Shown here: in pieces, positions 37,794 to 50,954 of the stretch
Layout: each line of letters begins with the position of its first letter
Position numbering within the stretch: position 1 is the stretch's first letter
From: Eledone cirrhosa
Taxonomy: Eukaryota
Reading direction: 5' to 3'
Length of the DNA stretch: 64,000 nt
Assembly: GCA_964016885.1 (NCBI GenBank)
Contig: OZ024750.1
Location: forward strand, 42,222,001-42,286,000
Translations under genes and position numbers: made by a program
The notes under the pieces: model-generated
What the model was told of the DNA's origin: nothing
Databases searched by the model: none
What the model saw: only the letters and a program-made list of their open reading frames with translations

Positions 37794-38046
37794 ATATATA
37801 AACAACTATCTGGTTGTGGAACCAACCAACCAACCAGAAATTTATAAGTTTGTAAATTTATAAATTTATAAATATATAATAAATTGAAGTGAAAGCAACT
37901 GGTGCGTGTGTTTCTTATTGGCAACATGACCCTCCCAAAGTATAACAATATCGGTTTCAACACACGATTTCAGATAAAGAATCTTGCTAAACAAATTCAG
38001 AAACGAAATATATATATATATATTTATATATATTTATATATATATA

Positions 38047-38099
<53 letters not shown>

Positions 38100-38641
38100 A
38101 TTTATATATATTTATATATATATATATTTATATATATATATATTTATATATATATATATTTATATATATATATATTTATATTATATATATTTATATTATA
38201 TATATTTATATTATGTGGAGGTGCAGCGATGGCTGTGTGGTTAGAGAGAGGGGGAGGGAGAGAGGAAGTTTACTTTGCAGCCACACGGTTTCAGGTTTTG
38301 TCTTACACCCGTGTGTGTGGAGACTACATTAGTAGTTAACCTTTTCATTGCTATATTTCCTATGAAATACATTGCTTATGTGTTTCAGTCAATTTTGAAA
38401 ATAACTAAAAATTTGAAGAAATTTAATTAAAAAAACAACTAGTTTTGTTGTTGTTGTTAAGTTGGTATTTAAATCATTACTTAACAAAATTATGAAAAGT
38501 TTTAATATAAGGGACAAACATTAAAAAAATTATAATTCTAGGACAATTTCAGGTGGTTTGATATCAAAAGATATATGTGAGGCTGTTCTTTGATATTTAC
38601 ACTATAATATTTATTTATGAGAAGAGGTAGCTAGCCATTTG

Positions 38642-38867
38642 TTAACCTTTTAGCATTTAAACTGGCTGTATCCGGTCAGAATTCTCTCACCTCTTTCTGT
38701 TCAAACCAGCTGTAACAGGCCACACACATACTGTCCTAAAGGTATTGTTCTCAAAATAAATATTATCATCATCAAAATCTCATAACTTCCATATTATGTG
38801 AGATAATTATTTGAAATAAAGTGTTTACTGTGAAAATATAATAGTAATGTAAATGCTAAAGGGTTAA
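38642..38867 (+). mobile_element. MITE P1 copy
   Basis: TTAACCTTTTAGC...GCTAAAGGGTTAA. Confidence 0.85.
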
Positions 38868-39179
38868 ACCTTTCTTCATGACTGGTGGAAGGGGTGGATG
38901 CTGTGTTGTGGGTCTCCTACGACCCTTCTTACAACAACACAAATAGGTAGAGAAAGATGGATGGATAGAGGGACAGAGATAGATAGAAAGGGAGATGGAT
39001 AGATAGAAAGAATTAGGTATATAGATAGAGAGAGGTATTAACCCCAGTACTTTACTGGTATTTTATTTGATTCTGTAAGGATGAAAAGCAAAGTTGGCCT
39101 CTGCAAGATTTGAACTTGGTGTGCGAAGAACCAGAACAAATACCACCTGAGATTCCAACAGAATCCTGCTAGTTCACGG

Positions 39180-39522
39180 CATCATCATCATCATCATCAT
39201 CACCACCATCATCACTACCATCATCATCATCACCACCACCACCATCACTACCATCATCACCATCACCACCACCACCACCATCATCACCATCATCACCATC
39301 ACCACCACCACCATCATCACCACTACCATCACCACCACCACCACCACCACCACCACCACCATCACCATCACCACCACCACCACCATCATCACCACCACCA
39401 CCATTACCATCACCATCACCATCACCACCATCATCACCATCATCACCATCACCATCATCATCATCACCATTACCACCATCACCACCATCATCACCATTAC
39501 CACCATCATCATCATCATCACC
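39180..39522. repeat. (CAT/CAC)n microsatellite
   Basis: Direct. Confidence 0.97.
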
Positions 39523-40815
39523 GTTACTTCCACTTTTCCATGTTGGTATGTATTTGAAGGTGTGTTTTGAGTCAATGTTTTACAGTCCCTGACACCAGCC
39601 CTTTTAGCCACCTCTGATGACATCCAAGGATACACCCCTCCAAATATCGGGTACTTAGTCTACTCAAAATTTTCCAAGATGAGAAATTTCCTTTTCTATG
39701 TATTTAATGCATTAAATAATTGATATACCTAGTAAATATTGGTTTTGTTTATAATTAGTTTCACTCTAATTAGTATTTAGTAATTAGATATTGATGTACA
39801 CAGTTTAACCAATGTGAGGTTGTTTGTTACTAACAAACTAATAGAGATTGGAAGTCATTAGAGTATTGATATAATGTTTGGCAGTTTTGTTTCACCTCTC
39901 ATTACTCTGAGTTCAAATCCCTCCAAGATCAACTTTGTCTTTCACCCTTTCAAGCCTGGAGGCTCATCAGGCTAATCCATGGCGTTAAGCAACTGAGAGT
40001 ACAAGATCCTCTAGGACAGGACACTAGTCCATTGTAGAGATTACCCCCCCCCCCCCCCTCCCGTTATTACTGGAACTTATTTTCAGTTGAGTATACTGGA
40101 GCAACATGAAATGAAGTGTTTTGCTCAAGAACTCAACACAGCCTAGTTCAGGGATTGAACCCATGGCTTTATGTTTATAAGTCCAACACCCTTACCACTA
40201 GGCTATACACCTCCACCTTTTCATCTTTTTAGGGACAATAAAATAAATTATCAGTTGAAGGTGATAGATTAGCAGTGTTGGACAAAAGACCTTTGGGAAT
40301 TCCAAGTTGAAATCTTGCAGTGGCTTAGTTGGGTGGAAGACTTAATCTGTCACTTGGGTGGTTTTAGCAGTGTTCAGTCTATTGTTGGTATTTGGACCAG
40401 ATCTCGAGGATGCTTTCTTCCCTTCTTGCTTCCTACTCTCTAGTCTTAGAGGCCCTGAAAAGTATCATTGGTGCTTCCTTCCAGCTTCTTCAGAAAAGAA
40501 GTGTGAACTTTTAACATCTTAGCAGAAAATTTAGCAGAAAATATCTAAAAATAAATTTTCCACGTCTTTTCCACACATTATTTTCTAGTTCTTAACATCC
40601 TGTAATGATTTAGCAAAAAAATATCTGATGGAAATGTCTTTAATTCAAATATTTATAGTATTTTTACTACTGGACAGATCATTATGAAAATTTGCAACAT
40701 TAGACTAAAAACTTTTTAATGTGCTGCAGTCATTGTGTTGTTTTGTATACTTTAATGTAGTTTCCTGTGGCACAGGACATTAAATGTAGTTTCGTGTGAC
40801 ACAGGACATTAAGAT

Positions 40816-41288
40816 TTAACCCTTTAGCATTTAAACCGGCTGTATCCAGCCAGAATTCTCTCATCTCTTGCTGTTCAAAGAGGCTGTAACTGGCCACTCA
40901 TACTGATGTTTAGGTATTGTTCTCAAAATAAATAACACCAAAATCTCATAGATTTGATATTATGTGAGATAATTATGAGAGGTAAAGCTTTGACTGTGTA
41001 AACACCTGTTTTTGATTTCAAGCGTTACAAACCTTGCATATTTCCTCTTACTATTTTCACTTACCCCTTTAGCATTCACATTGCTCTATATATACTATTA
41101 TATTTTCATGGTAAAGGCTTTACCTCGCATAATTATCTCACATAATATCGAATCTATGAGATTTTGAAAGGATTTATTTTGAGAACAATACCTTAACATC
41201 AGTTTGAACGACCAGTTACAGCCAGTTTCAACAGAAAGAGGTAGAGAATTCTGGCCAGTTTTGGCCAGTTTGAACATTAAAGGGTTAA
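40816..41288. mobile_element. Two MITE P1 copies in opposite orientation
   Basis: 40816-41005 (+, right end lost) and 41061-41288 (-). Confidence 0.8.
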
Positions 41289-42272
41289 AATTAAACATCT
41301 GAGCACAACTGTACCATCTTTAATCATTATAAGGTATACCTTTTTTTTTTTACCGTAGATATATTTTAACCAGGTTCTCATGACATCGGAGACATTACAG
41401 GCTTAAAATAAAAAAAATTAAAAGAAATAAAATCAAACAGTATTTAAAAACAATTTTTAATTCCCCAACTTGAAGAATTACAACACATTAAACCCAAACA
41501 CATATTTCCTCCCTGTTTTCACTGTAAATTATAGTTCCATTAGAAATACCCTCATTTTCAACTATTAAAATAACACCCCTACCTTTATAAATAAGATAAA
41601 ATAAAAAGGTAAGAAATAAACAAATTGAAACAATCTAATGAAATAAAATAATATATATATATATATAAAAGATTTTCCATTAAAAACTGGAGCTTAAATA
41701 GTACCTGATTGAATGATCAAAGTTAGGTGGTTGTCGCTGTTGAGTAAGAAAGTTGTCCTGCAAGCATACCACACTCACACAAGAATAATTTCTTGCTAGA
41801 AATTCTAATCAATCAGCAATTAATTACAGTTTTGTTGTTGTTGTTGTTGTTTTTGTTGGTGTTAATTTTTGTTTTGCATAGGAAAAAATTTATTAATGGT
41901 TTTGTTTAATTGTTGAAAATTATTTTTTTCTTCCTATTTTTTTTTTTTACAATTATATATTTGGTTGATTATTGTTTTTGTTTTTTAAAGATTATTACAT
42001 GTTCCCCCTCCCCCTCTCTCCTAATTAGACTTGGGAGCTAAAGGTGGTTTGAAAAGAGCTTGAAGCTATTTTTCCTTTAAATTTTTGTTTTTTATTATAT
42101 CCTAAATATCTTTGAAGATATTTTTCCTATCATGGTGACGTTCTGTGATATTCTGTCTATTGTTAGGGAACCTTTGCTGGTTGCTACCCTTGGTCACATT
42201 CCTTTTTAAATTGGAATGGTTTTTATACAGGTAGGCAACATTAAATATATGAGGAAGTTTGGAGTTTGATGA

Positions 42273-42940
42273 GTAACCCTTTACCATTTACATTACTCTA
42301 TATATACTATTGTATTTTCACAGTAAAGGCTTTACCTCACATAATATCTACATTACTCTATATATACTATTGTATTTTCACAGTAAAGACTTTACCTCAC
42401 ATAATATCTCACATAACATTTACATTACTCTATATTTACTATTGTATTTTCACGGTAAAGGCTTTACCTCACATAATATCTACATTACTCTATATATACT
42501 ATTGTATTTTCACAGTAAAGGCTTTACCTCACATAACATTTACATTACTCTATATATACTATTGTATTTTCACGGTAAAGGCTTTACCTCACATAATATC
42601 TCACATAATATCTACATTACTCTATATATACTATTGTATTTTCACAGTAAAGGTTTTACCTCACATAATATCTACATTACTCTATATATACTATTGTATT
42701 TTCACATTAAAGGCTTTACTTCACATAATTATCTCACATAATTTTTACATTACTCTATATATACTATTGTATTTTCACAGTAAAGGCTTTACTTCACATA
42801 ATATTGAATCTGTGATTTTGATATTATCTATTTTGAGAACAATACCTTAACATCAGTCTGAGTGTCCAGTTATGGTCGGTTTGAACAAAACGAGGTGAGA
42901 GAATTCTGGCCAGATACGGCCAGTTTAAATGCTAAAGGGT
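42273..42940 (-). mobile_element. MITE P1 with the same internal unit amplified ~8-9x
   Basis: taaccctttacc...gctaaagggt; unit acattactctatatatactattgtattttcacagtaaaggctttacctcacataat. Confidence 0.88.
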
Positions 42941-43347
42941 CTGGTTTTAGGTGAGATTTTATATCACCATCACCACATTTTATATCACCATTTTTCCACG
43001 CTAGCATGGGTTAGAGGAGTTGTCCTATTGGGAGACAAGTCAAATCAGATGACCATTCTTGCTCTTGGTTTCTATGGTTGGATGCTGTTTCTAATGGCAA
43101 CCACATAATGTGGGCTGGGTACTTTTTATCGTGACACAAACAACCACTTTACAATGTGGACTGGGTACTTTTTGTTTTGTGTGTGTGTGTGTACAATTAA
43201 TCATATCTCAAAAGGGATCAGGGAACAATCATAATTAAAGTACTCAATACTTTAGTAAAAAAAAAAATCATCATATTTATTTTATTTAGAAATGACTTCT
43301 ACAGGACTAGTACTGTTTCATGTGTGTGTGTGTGTGTGTATATAGAA

Positions 43348-43500
43348 GAAAAAGTTTAACCCCGGTGGCAGAGCTCAAGCCGTTTCACTGGCTATTTCTG
43401 GACTCCAGAAATAGCCGTCGAATGGCTTGAGCTCCGCCGCTGGGGTTAAACTTTTTCCTACTACCCTAAGTATTGAGTACTCTGGTGCATTATGGTCCAT
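43348..43500. repeat. Dispersed hairpin element (110-bp GC-rich hairpin plus aagtattgagtactct)
   Basis: gaaaaagtttaacccc...tttctgga-c-tccagaaa...ggggttaaactttttc. Confidence 0.85.
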
Positions 43501-43545
43501 CTGGTTCATTACCACACCTCCTTTGTTATATCTATATCTATATAT

Positions 43546-45158
43546 GTTTGGCAGGGCAATGTCCCTCCCTTTCCTGGGTGTCACTACCAGTCTATATGGC
43601 AGGGTCATGTCCCTCCCTTTCCTAGGTGTCACTACCAGTCTATATGGCAGGGTCATGTCCCTCCCTTTCCTAGGTGTCACTACCAGTCTATATGGCAGGG
43701 TCATGTCCCTCCCTTTCCTAGGTGTCACTACCAGTCTATATGGCAGGGCAATGTCTCTCCCTTTCCTAGGTGTCACTACCAGTCTATATGGCAGGGTCAT
43801 GTCCCTCCCTTTCCTAGGTGTCACTACCAGTCTATATGGCAGGGTCATGTCCCTCCCTTTCCTAGGTGTCACTACCAGTCTATATGGCAGGGTCATGTCC
43901 TTTCCTTACCTAGGTGTCACTACCAGTCTACATGGCAGGGTCATGTCCCTTTCCTAGGTGTCACTACCAGTCTTATATGGCAGGGTCATGTCCTTTCCTT
44001 ACCTAGGTGTCACTACCAGTCTACATGGCAGGGTCATGTCCCTTTCCTAGGTGCCACTACCAGTCTACATGGCAGGGTCATGTCCCTTTCCTAGGTGTCA
44101 CTACCAGTCTTATATGGCAGGGTAATGTCCCTCCCTTTCCTAGGTGTCACTACCAGTCTATATGGCAGGGTCATGTCCTTTCCTTACCTAGGTGTCACTA
44201 CCAGTCTATATGGCAGGGTCATGTCCTTTCCTTACCTAGGTGTCACTACCAGTCTATATGGCAGGGTCATGTCCTTTCCTTACCTAGGTGTCACTACCAG
44301 TCTATATGGCAGGGTCATGTCCCTTTCCTAGGTGTCACTACCAGTCTATATGGCAGGGCAATGTCCCTCCCTTTCCTGGGTGTCACTACCAGTCTACATG
44401 GCAGGGTCATGTCCCTTTCCTAGGTGTCACTACCAGTCTATATGGCAGGGTCATGTCCCTCCCTTTCCTAGGTGTCACTACCAGTCTATATGGCAGGGTC
44501 ATGTCCCTTTCCTAGGTGTCACTACCAGTCTACATGGCAGGGTCATGTCCCTTTCCTAGGTGTCACTACCAGTCTATATGGCAGGGTCATGTCCTTTCCT
44601 TACCTAGGTGTCACTACCAGTCTACATGGCAGGGTCATGTCCCTTTCCTAGGTGTCACTACCAGTCTATATGGCAGGGCAATGTCTCTCCCTTTTCTAGG
44701 TGTCACTACCAGTCTACATGGCAGAGTCGTGTCCCTTACCTAGGTGTCACTACCAGTCTATATGGCAGGGCAATGTCTCTCCCTTTCCTAGGTGTCACTA
44801 CCTGTCTACATGGCAGGGTCGTGTCCCTTACCTAGGTGTCACTACCAGTCTACATGGCAGGGTCATGTCCCTTACCTAGGTGTCACTACCAGTCTACATG
44901 GCAGGGTCATGTCCCTTTCCTAGGTGTCACTACCAGTCTATATGGCAGGGTCATGTCCTTTCCTTACCTAGGTGTCACTACCAGTCTATATGGCAGGGTC
45001 ATGTCCTTTCCTTACCTAGGTGTCACTACCAGTCTATATGGCAGGGTCATGTCCTTTCCTTACCTAGGTGTCACTACCAGTCTACATGGCAGGGTCATGT
45101 CCCTTTCCTAGGTGTCACTACCAGTCTTATATGGCAGGGTAATGTCCCTCCCCTTTCC
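43546..45158. repeat. Minisatellite 44-48 bp x~35
   Basis: tatatggcagggtcatgtccctccctttcctaggtgtcactaccagtc. Confidence 0.99.
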
Positions 45159-45261
45159 CACCACTGCCACAACTTGGCTGAGTGAACCTTAGTAACCTGG
45201 TACAAGGTGTCCCAATACAACATCATCTGGACAGACTGGGAATTAAACCAATGACCAATAC

Positions 45262-45608
45262 ACACCCACACAACCACTTGACCACCCGGCCATCCGACCA
45301 CCCAACCACTTGACCACCCATCCACCTGGCTACCTGGCCATCCGACCACTTGACCACCCGGCCACCTGGCCACCCGACCACCTGGCCATCTGACCACCCG
45401 ACCACCTGGCCATCTGACCACCCGACCACCTGGCCATCTGACCACCTGGCCATCTGACCACCCAACCACTTGACCACACGACCACCCGGCCACACAACCA
45501 CCCGGCCACACGACCACCCGGCCACCTGGCCACCCGACCACTTGACCACCCGGCCACCTGGCCACCCGACCACTTGACCACCCAACCACACGGCCACCCG
45601 ACCACACA
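45262..45608. repeat. C-rich degenerate short-unit minisatellite
   Basis: gaccacccgaccacctggccatct units. Confidence 0.9.
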
Positions 45609-45758
45609 CCTTCACTTTAGTTTGAGAGATATGGAGAGGAAAAGAAAAAAAAGTTATTTTTCCATGCAAATTGTGAATCCAGTGTCGTAAATGGCTGTTG
45701 ATGGTTGCCGTGGTGATTAGATAGTGATGCTGGAATATCTGAGACATGAATCACTTGG

Positions 45759-45797
<39 letters not shown>

Positions 45798-45886
45798 AAT
45801 TAATAAAAATAAAATAAACATCCATGTTGGTCATTGTGTAACTTTAACATTTTTTTTTTATTTTGTCACAGCATCTGAGTAGATAA

Positions 45887-46430
45887 CAATAGTATAGGGT
45901 GACTTGGTATAGTGTTATAGTACAGTAGCAATAGTATAGGGTGACTTGGTATAGTGTTATAGTACAGTAGCAATAGTATAGGGTGACTTGGTATAGTGTC
46001 ATAGTACAGTAGCAATAGTATAGGGTGACTTGGTATAGTGTTAGTGTTATAGTACAGTAGCAATAGTATAGGGTGACTTGGTATAGTGTTATAGTACAGT
46101 AGCAATAGTATAGGGTGACTTGGTATAGTGTCATAGTACAGTAGCAATAGTATAGGGTGATTTGGTATAGTGTTAGTGTTATAGTACAGTTGCAATAGTA
46201 TAGGGTGACTTGGTATAGTGTTATAGTACAGTAGCAATAGTATAGGGTGACTTGGTATAGTGTTAGTGTTATAGTACAGTTACAATAGTATAAGGTGACT
46301 TGGTATAGTGTTATAGTACAGAAGCAATAGTATAGGGTGACTTGGTATAGTGTTAGTACAGGACAGAATTCCTTGCAGTATTTGTTACAACTTTTCTGTG
46401 TTCTGAGTTCAAATCCCACCAAAACCAATT
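45887..46430 (+). repeat. Minisatellite 42/48 bp x~11 running into a SINE B-like head
   Basis: caatagtatagggtgacttggtatagtgttatagtacagtag; followed by gttctgagttcaaatcccacc. Confidence 0.9.
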
Positions 46431-46739
46431 TTACTGTTGAGGTTCATAAAATATTTTACCTGAATTGTTAAATGTTAGATGTTAAAGATATCCGGACCAA
46501 GCGGTGTGTTGTGTTCTTGAGCAAGACACTTTATTCCACGTTGCTTTTTCAGCTTAGGATTGTGGGCTCCTATCATTAAGACACCCAAGAAAAATATGAG
46601 ATGTTACCTTGTAAGAGATGAAGCTAAACTTGTGTGAATGTGAGACGTGACCTTCCACATAGGACTTGAACCTCTATCACTGAAACACCTAAGAAGACTC
46701 CTCTGAGATACAACCTTGGTGTTTGTAAAAGTAGATAAA

Positions 46740-47836
46740 TGGCACCATAGGGTAAATATATAGTTGTAGTGGGCTGACTTGGTGTGACTATTGGTGGCAC
46801 CATAGGGTAAATATATAGCTGTAGTGGGCTGACTTGGTGAGACTATTGGTGGCACCATAGGGTAAATATATAGCTGTAGTGGGCTGACTTGGTGAGACTA
46901 TTGGTGGCACCATAGGGTAAATATATAGTTGTAGTGGGCTGACTTGGTGAGACTATTGGTGGCACCATAGGGTAAATATATAGTTGTAGTGGGCTGACTT
47001 AGTGAGACTATTGGTGGCACCATAGGGTAAATATATAGTTGTAGTGGGCTGACTTAGTGAGACTATTGGTGGCACCATAGGGTAAATATATAGTTGTAGT
47101 GGGCTGACTTGGTGAGACTATTGGTGGCACCATAGGGTAAATATATAGTTGTAGTGGGCTGACTTAGTGAGACTATTGGTGGCACCATAGGGTAAATATA
47201 TAGTTGTAGTGGGCTGACTTGGTGAGACTATTGGTGGCACCATAGGGTAAATATATAGTTGTAGTGGGCTGACTTAGTGAGACTATTGGTGGCACCATAG
47301 GGTAAATATATAGTTGTAGTGGGCTGACTTGGTGAGACTATTGGTGGCACCATAGGGTAAATATATAGTTGTAGTGGGCTGACTTAGTGAGACTATTGGT
47401 GGCACCATAGGGTAAATATATAGTTGTAGTGGGCTGACTTGGTGAGACTATTGGTGGCACCATAGGGTAAATATATAGTTGTAGTGGGCTGACTTGGTGA
47501 GACTATTGGTGGCACCATAGGGTAAATATATAGTTGTAGTGGGCTGACTTAGTGAGACTATTGGTGGCACCATAGGGTAAATATATAGTTGTAGTGGGCT
47601 GACTTGGTGAGACTATTGGTGGCACCATAGGGTAAATATATAGTTGTAGTGGGCTGACTTAGTGAGACTATTGGTGGCACCATAGGGTAAATATATAGTT
47701 GTAGTGGGCTGACTTGGTGAGACTATTGGTGGCACCATAGGGTAAATATATAGTTGTAGTGGGCTGACTTAGTGAGACTATTGGTGGCACCATAGGGTAA
47801 ATATATAGTTGTAGTGGGCTGACTTGGTGAGACTAT
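46740..47836. repeat. Minisatellite 55 bp x~20
   Basis: ggtggcaccatagggtaaatatatagttgtagtgggctgactt(g/a)gtgagactatt. Confidence 0.99.
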
Positions 47837-48086
47837 ATTGATTCCTGTTGGCAGATTTTCTTGGGTTTTTTTCCAATCACAATGGGGGACTCATTAGCTC
47901 TGTCAAAGACACACCACCTTCCCCAGTGCTAATGTCACAATGAAATACTCTTGGTAAAACATTCAGTTGTAAGTGGGATGCAGGCCCTTGGCCCATCTGA
48001 GAGGATCAGTAGCTTTGCTTGAGTACTGACTTAGTGTGATGATTGACCTGTCTGCCACTTGTGAGCAAGGAAAGCATGCATTGACT

Positions 48087-49068
48087 ATGATGATGATGAT
48101 GATGATGATGAAGGCTAATGCTTGTGTGAAAACAGTCATTGATAATGATGATGATGATGATGATGAAGGCTAATGCTTGTGTGAAAACAGTCATTGATAA
48201 TGATGATGATGATGATGATGAAGGCTAATGCTTGTGTGAAAACAGTCATTGATAATGATGATGATGATGATGATGAAGGCTAATGCTTGTGTGAAAACAG
48301 TCATTGATAATGATAATGATGATGAAGGCTAATGTTTGTGTGAAAGCAGTCATTGATGATGATGATGAAGGCTAATGTTTGTGTGAAAGCAGTCATTGAT
48401 GATGATGATGAAGGCTAATGCTTGTGTGAAAGCAGTCATTGATAATGATAATGATGATGAAGGCTCATGCTTGTGTGAAAGCAGTCATTGATGATGATGA
48501 TGAAGGCTAATGTTTGTGTGAAAGCAGTCATTGATGATGATGATGAAGGCTAATGCTTGTGTGAAAACAGTCATTGATAATGATAATGATGATGAAGGCT
48601 AATGCTTGTGTGAAAGCAGTCATTGATGATGATGATGAAGGCTAATGTTTGTGTGAAAGCAGTCATTGATGATGATGATGAAGGCTAATGTTTGTGTGAA
48701 AGCAGTCATTGATGATGATGATGAAGGCTAATGCTTGTGTGAAAGCAGTCATTGATAATGATGATGAAGGCTAATGCTTGTGTGAAAGCAGTCATTGATG
48801 ATGATGATGAAGGCTAATGCTTGTGTGAAAACAGTCATTGATAATGATAATGATGATGAAGGCTAATGCTTGTGTGAAAGCAGTCATTGATGATGATGAT
48901 GAAGGCTAATGTTTGTGTGAAAGCAGTCATTGATGATGATGATGAAGGCTAATGCTTGTGTGAAAGCAGTCATTGATGATGATGATGAAGGCTAATGCTT
49001 GTGTGAAAGCAGTCGACTATAATAATAATAATAATGATGATGATGATGGTAATAATGAAGGCTAATGC
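48087..49068. repeat. Minisatellite: fixed ~30-bp core plus variable (GAT)n, about 20 copies
   Basis: gaaggctaatgcttgtgtgaaa(a/g)cagtcatt(gat)n. Confidence 0.97.
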
Positions 49069-49241
49069 CTGAATTTCACATCTCATTTCCTCTCCCTAAT
49101 AATGTTTGCAGCAAGATGATATAGTTTCTTTAAAATCAATAATCTACAGAGTAGACAGCAGAGTTTCCACAATGATGGACTTTTTTTTAAATATTTTTTT
49201 TTTAACTGCATCACTAATATATGTTCAAATCCTGCTGAAAT

Positions 49242-49720
49242 TCATCATCATCACCAATGTCTCTGCCATTATCAGCATCACCATCAACACCACCACCATC
49301 ACTTGTCATCACCACCACTACCATCACTTGTCATCACCACCACCATCACTTGTCATCATCACCACCACTACCATCACCACCACCACCATCACTTGTCATC
49401 GCCACCACCATCACTTGTCATCATCACCATCACCACTGTCATCACCACCACCACCGTCATCACCACCACCACCACCACTTATCACCACCACCACCACCAT
49501 CACTTGTCATCACCACCACCACCACTTGTCATCACCACCACCACCACTTGTCATCACCACTACTACCACCACTTATCATCACCACTACCACCACTCATCA
49601 TCACACCATCACCACTGTCATCACCACCACCATCACCACCACCACCACCACCATCACTTGTCATCATCACCACTATCATCATCACCACCACCATCACTTG
49701 TCATCATCACCACCACCACT

Positions 49721-49755
<35 letters not shown>
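49242..49755. repeat. (CAC/CAT)n with cacttgtcat interruptions
   Basis: Direct. Confidence 0.95.
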
Positions 49756-49794
49756 GTCTTGTTTTCAATGTTAGTATAGGTTGGAGGGGCAACA

Positions 49795-49911
49795 AATTGC
49801 CAGATTCATTTGAAGATGTCAGATAGAATGTTTTGCAGTATTCAATCCGGTTCTTTATGTTCTGAGTTCAAATCCAGCCGAGGTCAATTTTGCATTTTAT
49901 CCTTTCGGGGA

Positions 49912-49943
<32 letters not shown>

Positions 49944-49970
49944 TATGTACCAGTTTAGTACTGGGGTAGA
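49795..49970 (+). mobile_element. Diverged SINE family B with internal poly(A)
   Basis: gttctgagttcaaatccagccgaggtcaattttgcattttatcctttcgggg...gtaccag. Confidence 0.7.
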
Positions 49971-50277
49971 TCTTCCTCTAATATCTCTTTCACACTTTTT
50001 CTCTCTCTTGATCCTTCTCTGGAAGAAATCAGCTGTGTTCAGACCAGGAGAGGAGATGAGATCTGCCAAGTAATGCTGAATGCTAATGTGGTTTCATGTG
50101 GTACAGGACATTGAGTTAAAACTTCATCTCTAATAAAAAGAAAGCTGGTACAAACACTGCCAAGCATTCTATCCAACATTCTAACAACTTTACTAATTAG
50201 CCGCCTTTCCTTCGTAATAAAGAAATGATATAGAACAAAATTTGTTTTCGCTCTAACATAACGGATACGTAAATGCA

Positions 50278-50851
50278 TTTGTGGCTTTAATATCAAATAA
50301 TAATAATAATATAATAATAATATTATTTGATTCGCTTGCAAGCAAACAGCCTCATAACACTGTGTTTTAGATCAGTGGTCTCCAACTTTTTTATACCACA
50401 GACTGGCTTCATGCTGGGCAATTTTTCCGTGAACCGGTAGTTGGACATATGTGTTATTTAAGTACATTTCGATAAAGAGAGCAATAATAAAAAGTGCAAT
50501 TTATTAACGGGAAGAAAAAGTAGATGAATATTGAATAAATCTTTTTAAATTAAAGTCTAATATTCAATTTTTCTATTATATAATTTTAAACAAGTTAATT
50601 ATTTCTTTGCGGTCTGGTAGCAAATGATCCCCGGACTGGAACTGGTCCATGACCCAGTGGTTGGGAGACCTCCCTTTTAGATGGCTATAGACATCCTTTT
50701 GTTCTAGCGGTAGCAGAGAGAAAGAATCTGCCACTTTTAAAACAAAAGGATGACAATAGTCATCTAAAACACACAACATTATGAAGCTGTTTGCTTGCAA
50801 ATGGAATATTATAATATTGATAGTATATTATTTGATATAAAACTCACAAAA
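50278..50851. mobile_element. Palindromic (fold-back) MITE interrupted by a hAT MITE
   Basis: After removing 50373-50682, ttgcaagcaaacagc...tgtgttttagatggctatagacatccttttgtt mirrors aacaaaaggatgacaatagtcatctaaaacaca...gctgtttgcttgcaa. Confidence 0.75.
50373..50674. mobile_element. hAT (Charlie-like) MITE
   Basis: 8-bp TSD ttttagat (50365-50372, 50675-50682); termini cagtggtctccaac / ggttgggagacc. Confidence 0.8.
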
Positions 50852-50954
50852 GAAATAATAATTTTAGTAAATGTCTCAAATGTCTTTGTTAATGGATTGA
50901 AATAGTGTACTTTATATATAAGAAATATGGCTATGAGAGGATGGGTTCTACTTA

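Larger units (their letters stand above)
37453..37951. repeat. ~500-bp near-perfect fold-back palindrome, centre 37706
   Basis: ...cgccattttgtttc-a-gaaacaaaatggcg...; arms ~245-253 bp; TA arrays on both sides. Confidence 0.97.

Noticed and set aside
39940-39975. Minus-strand CTGATGA-gcc-tcca-ggc-tt-GAAA hammerhead-like string
   Set aside because: Chance junction of two SINE fragments; no stem III, cleavage triplet or stem I
42166-42230. Possible small exon ending tacag/gtaggc
   Set aside because: No recognisable peptide or partner exon; such sites are common by chance
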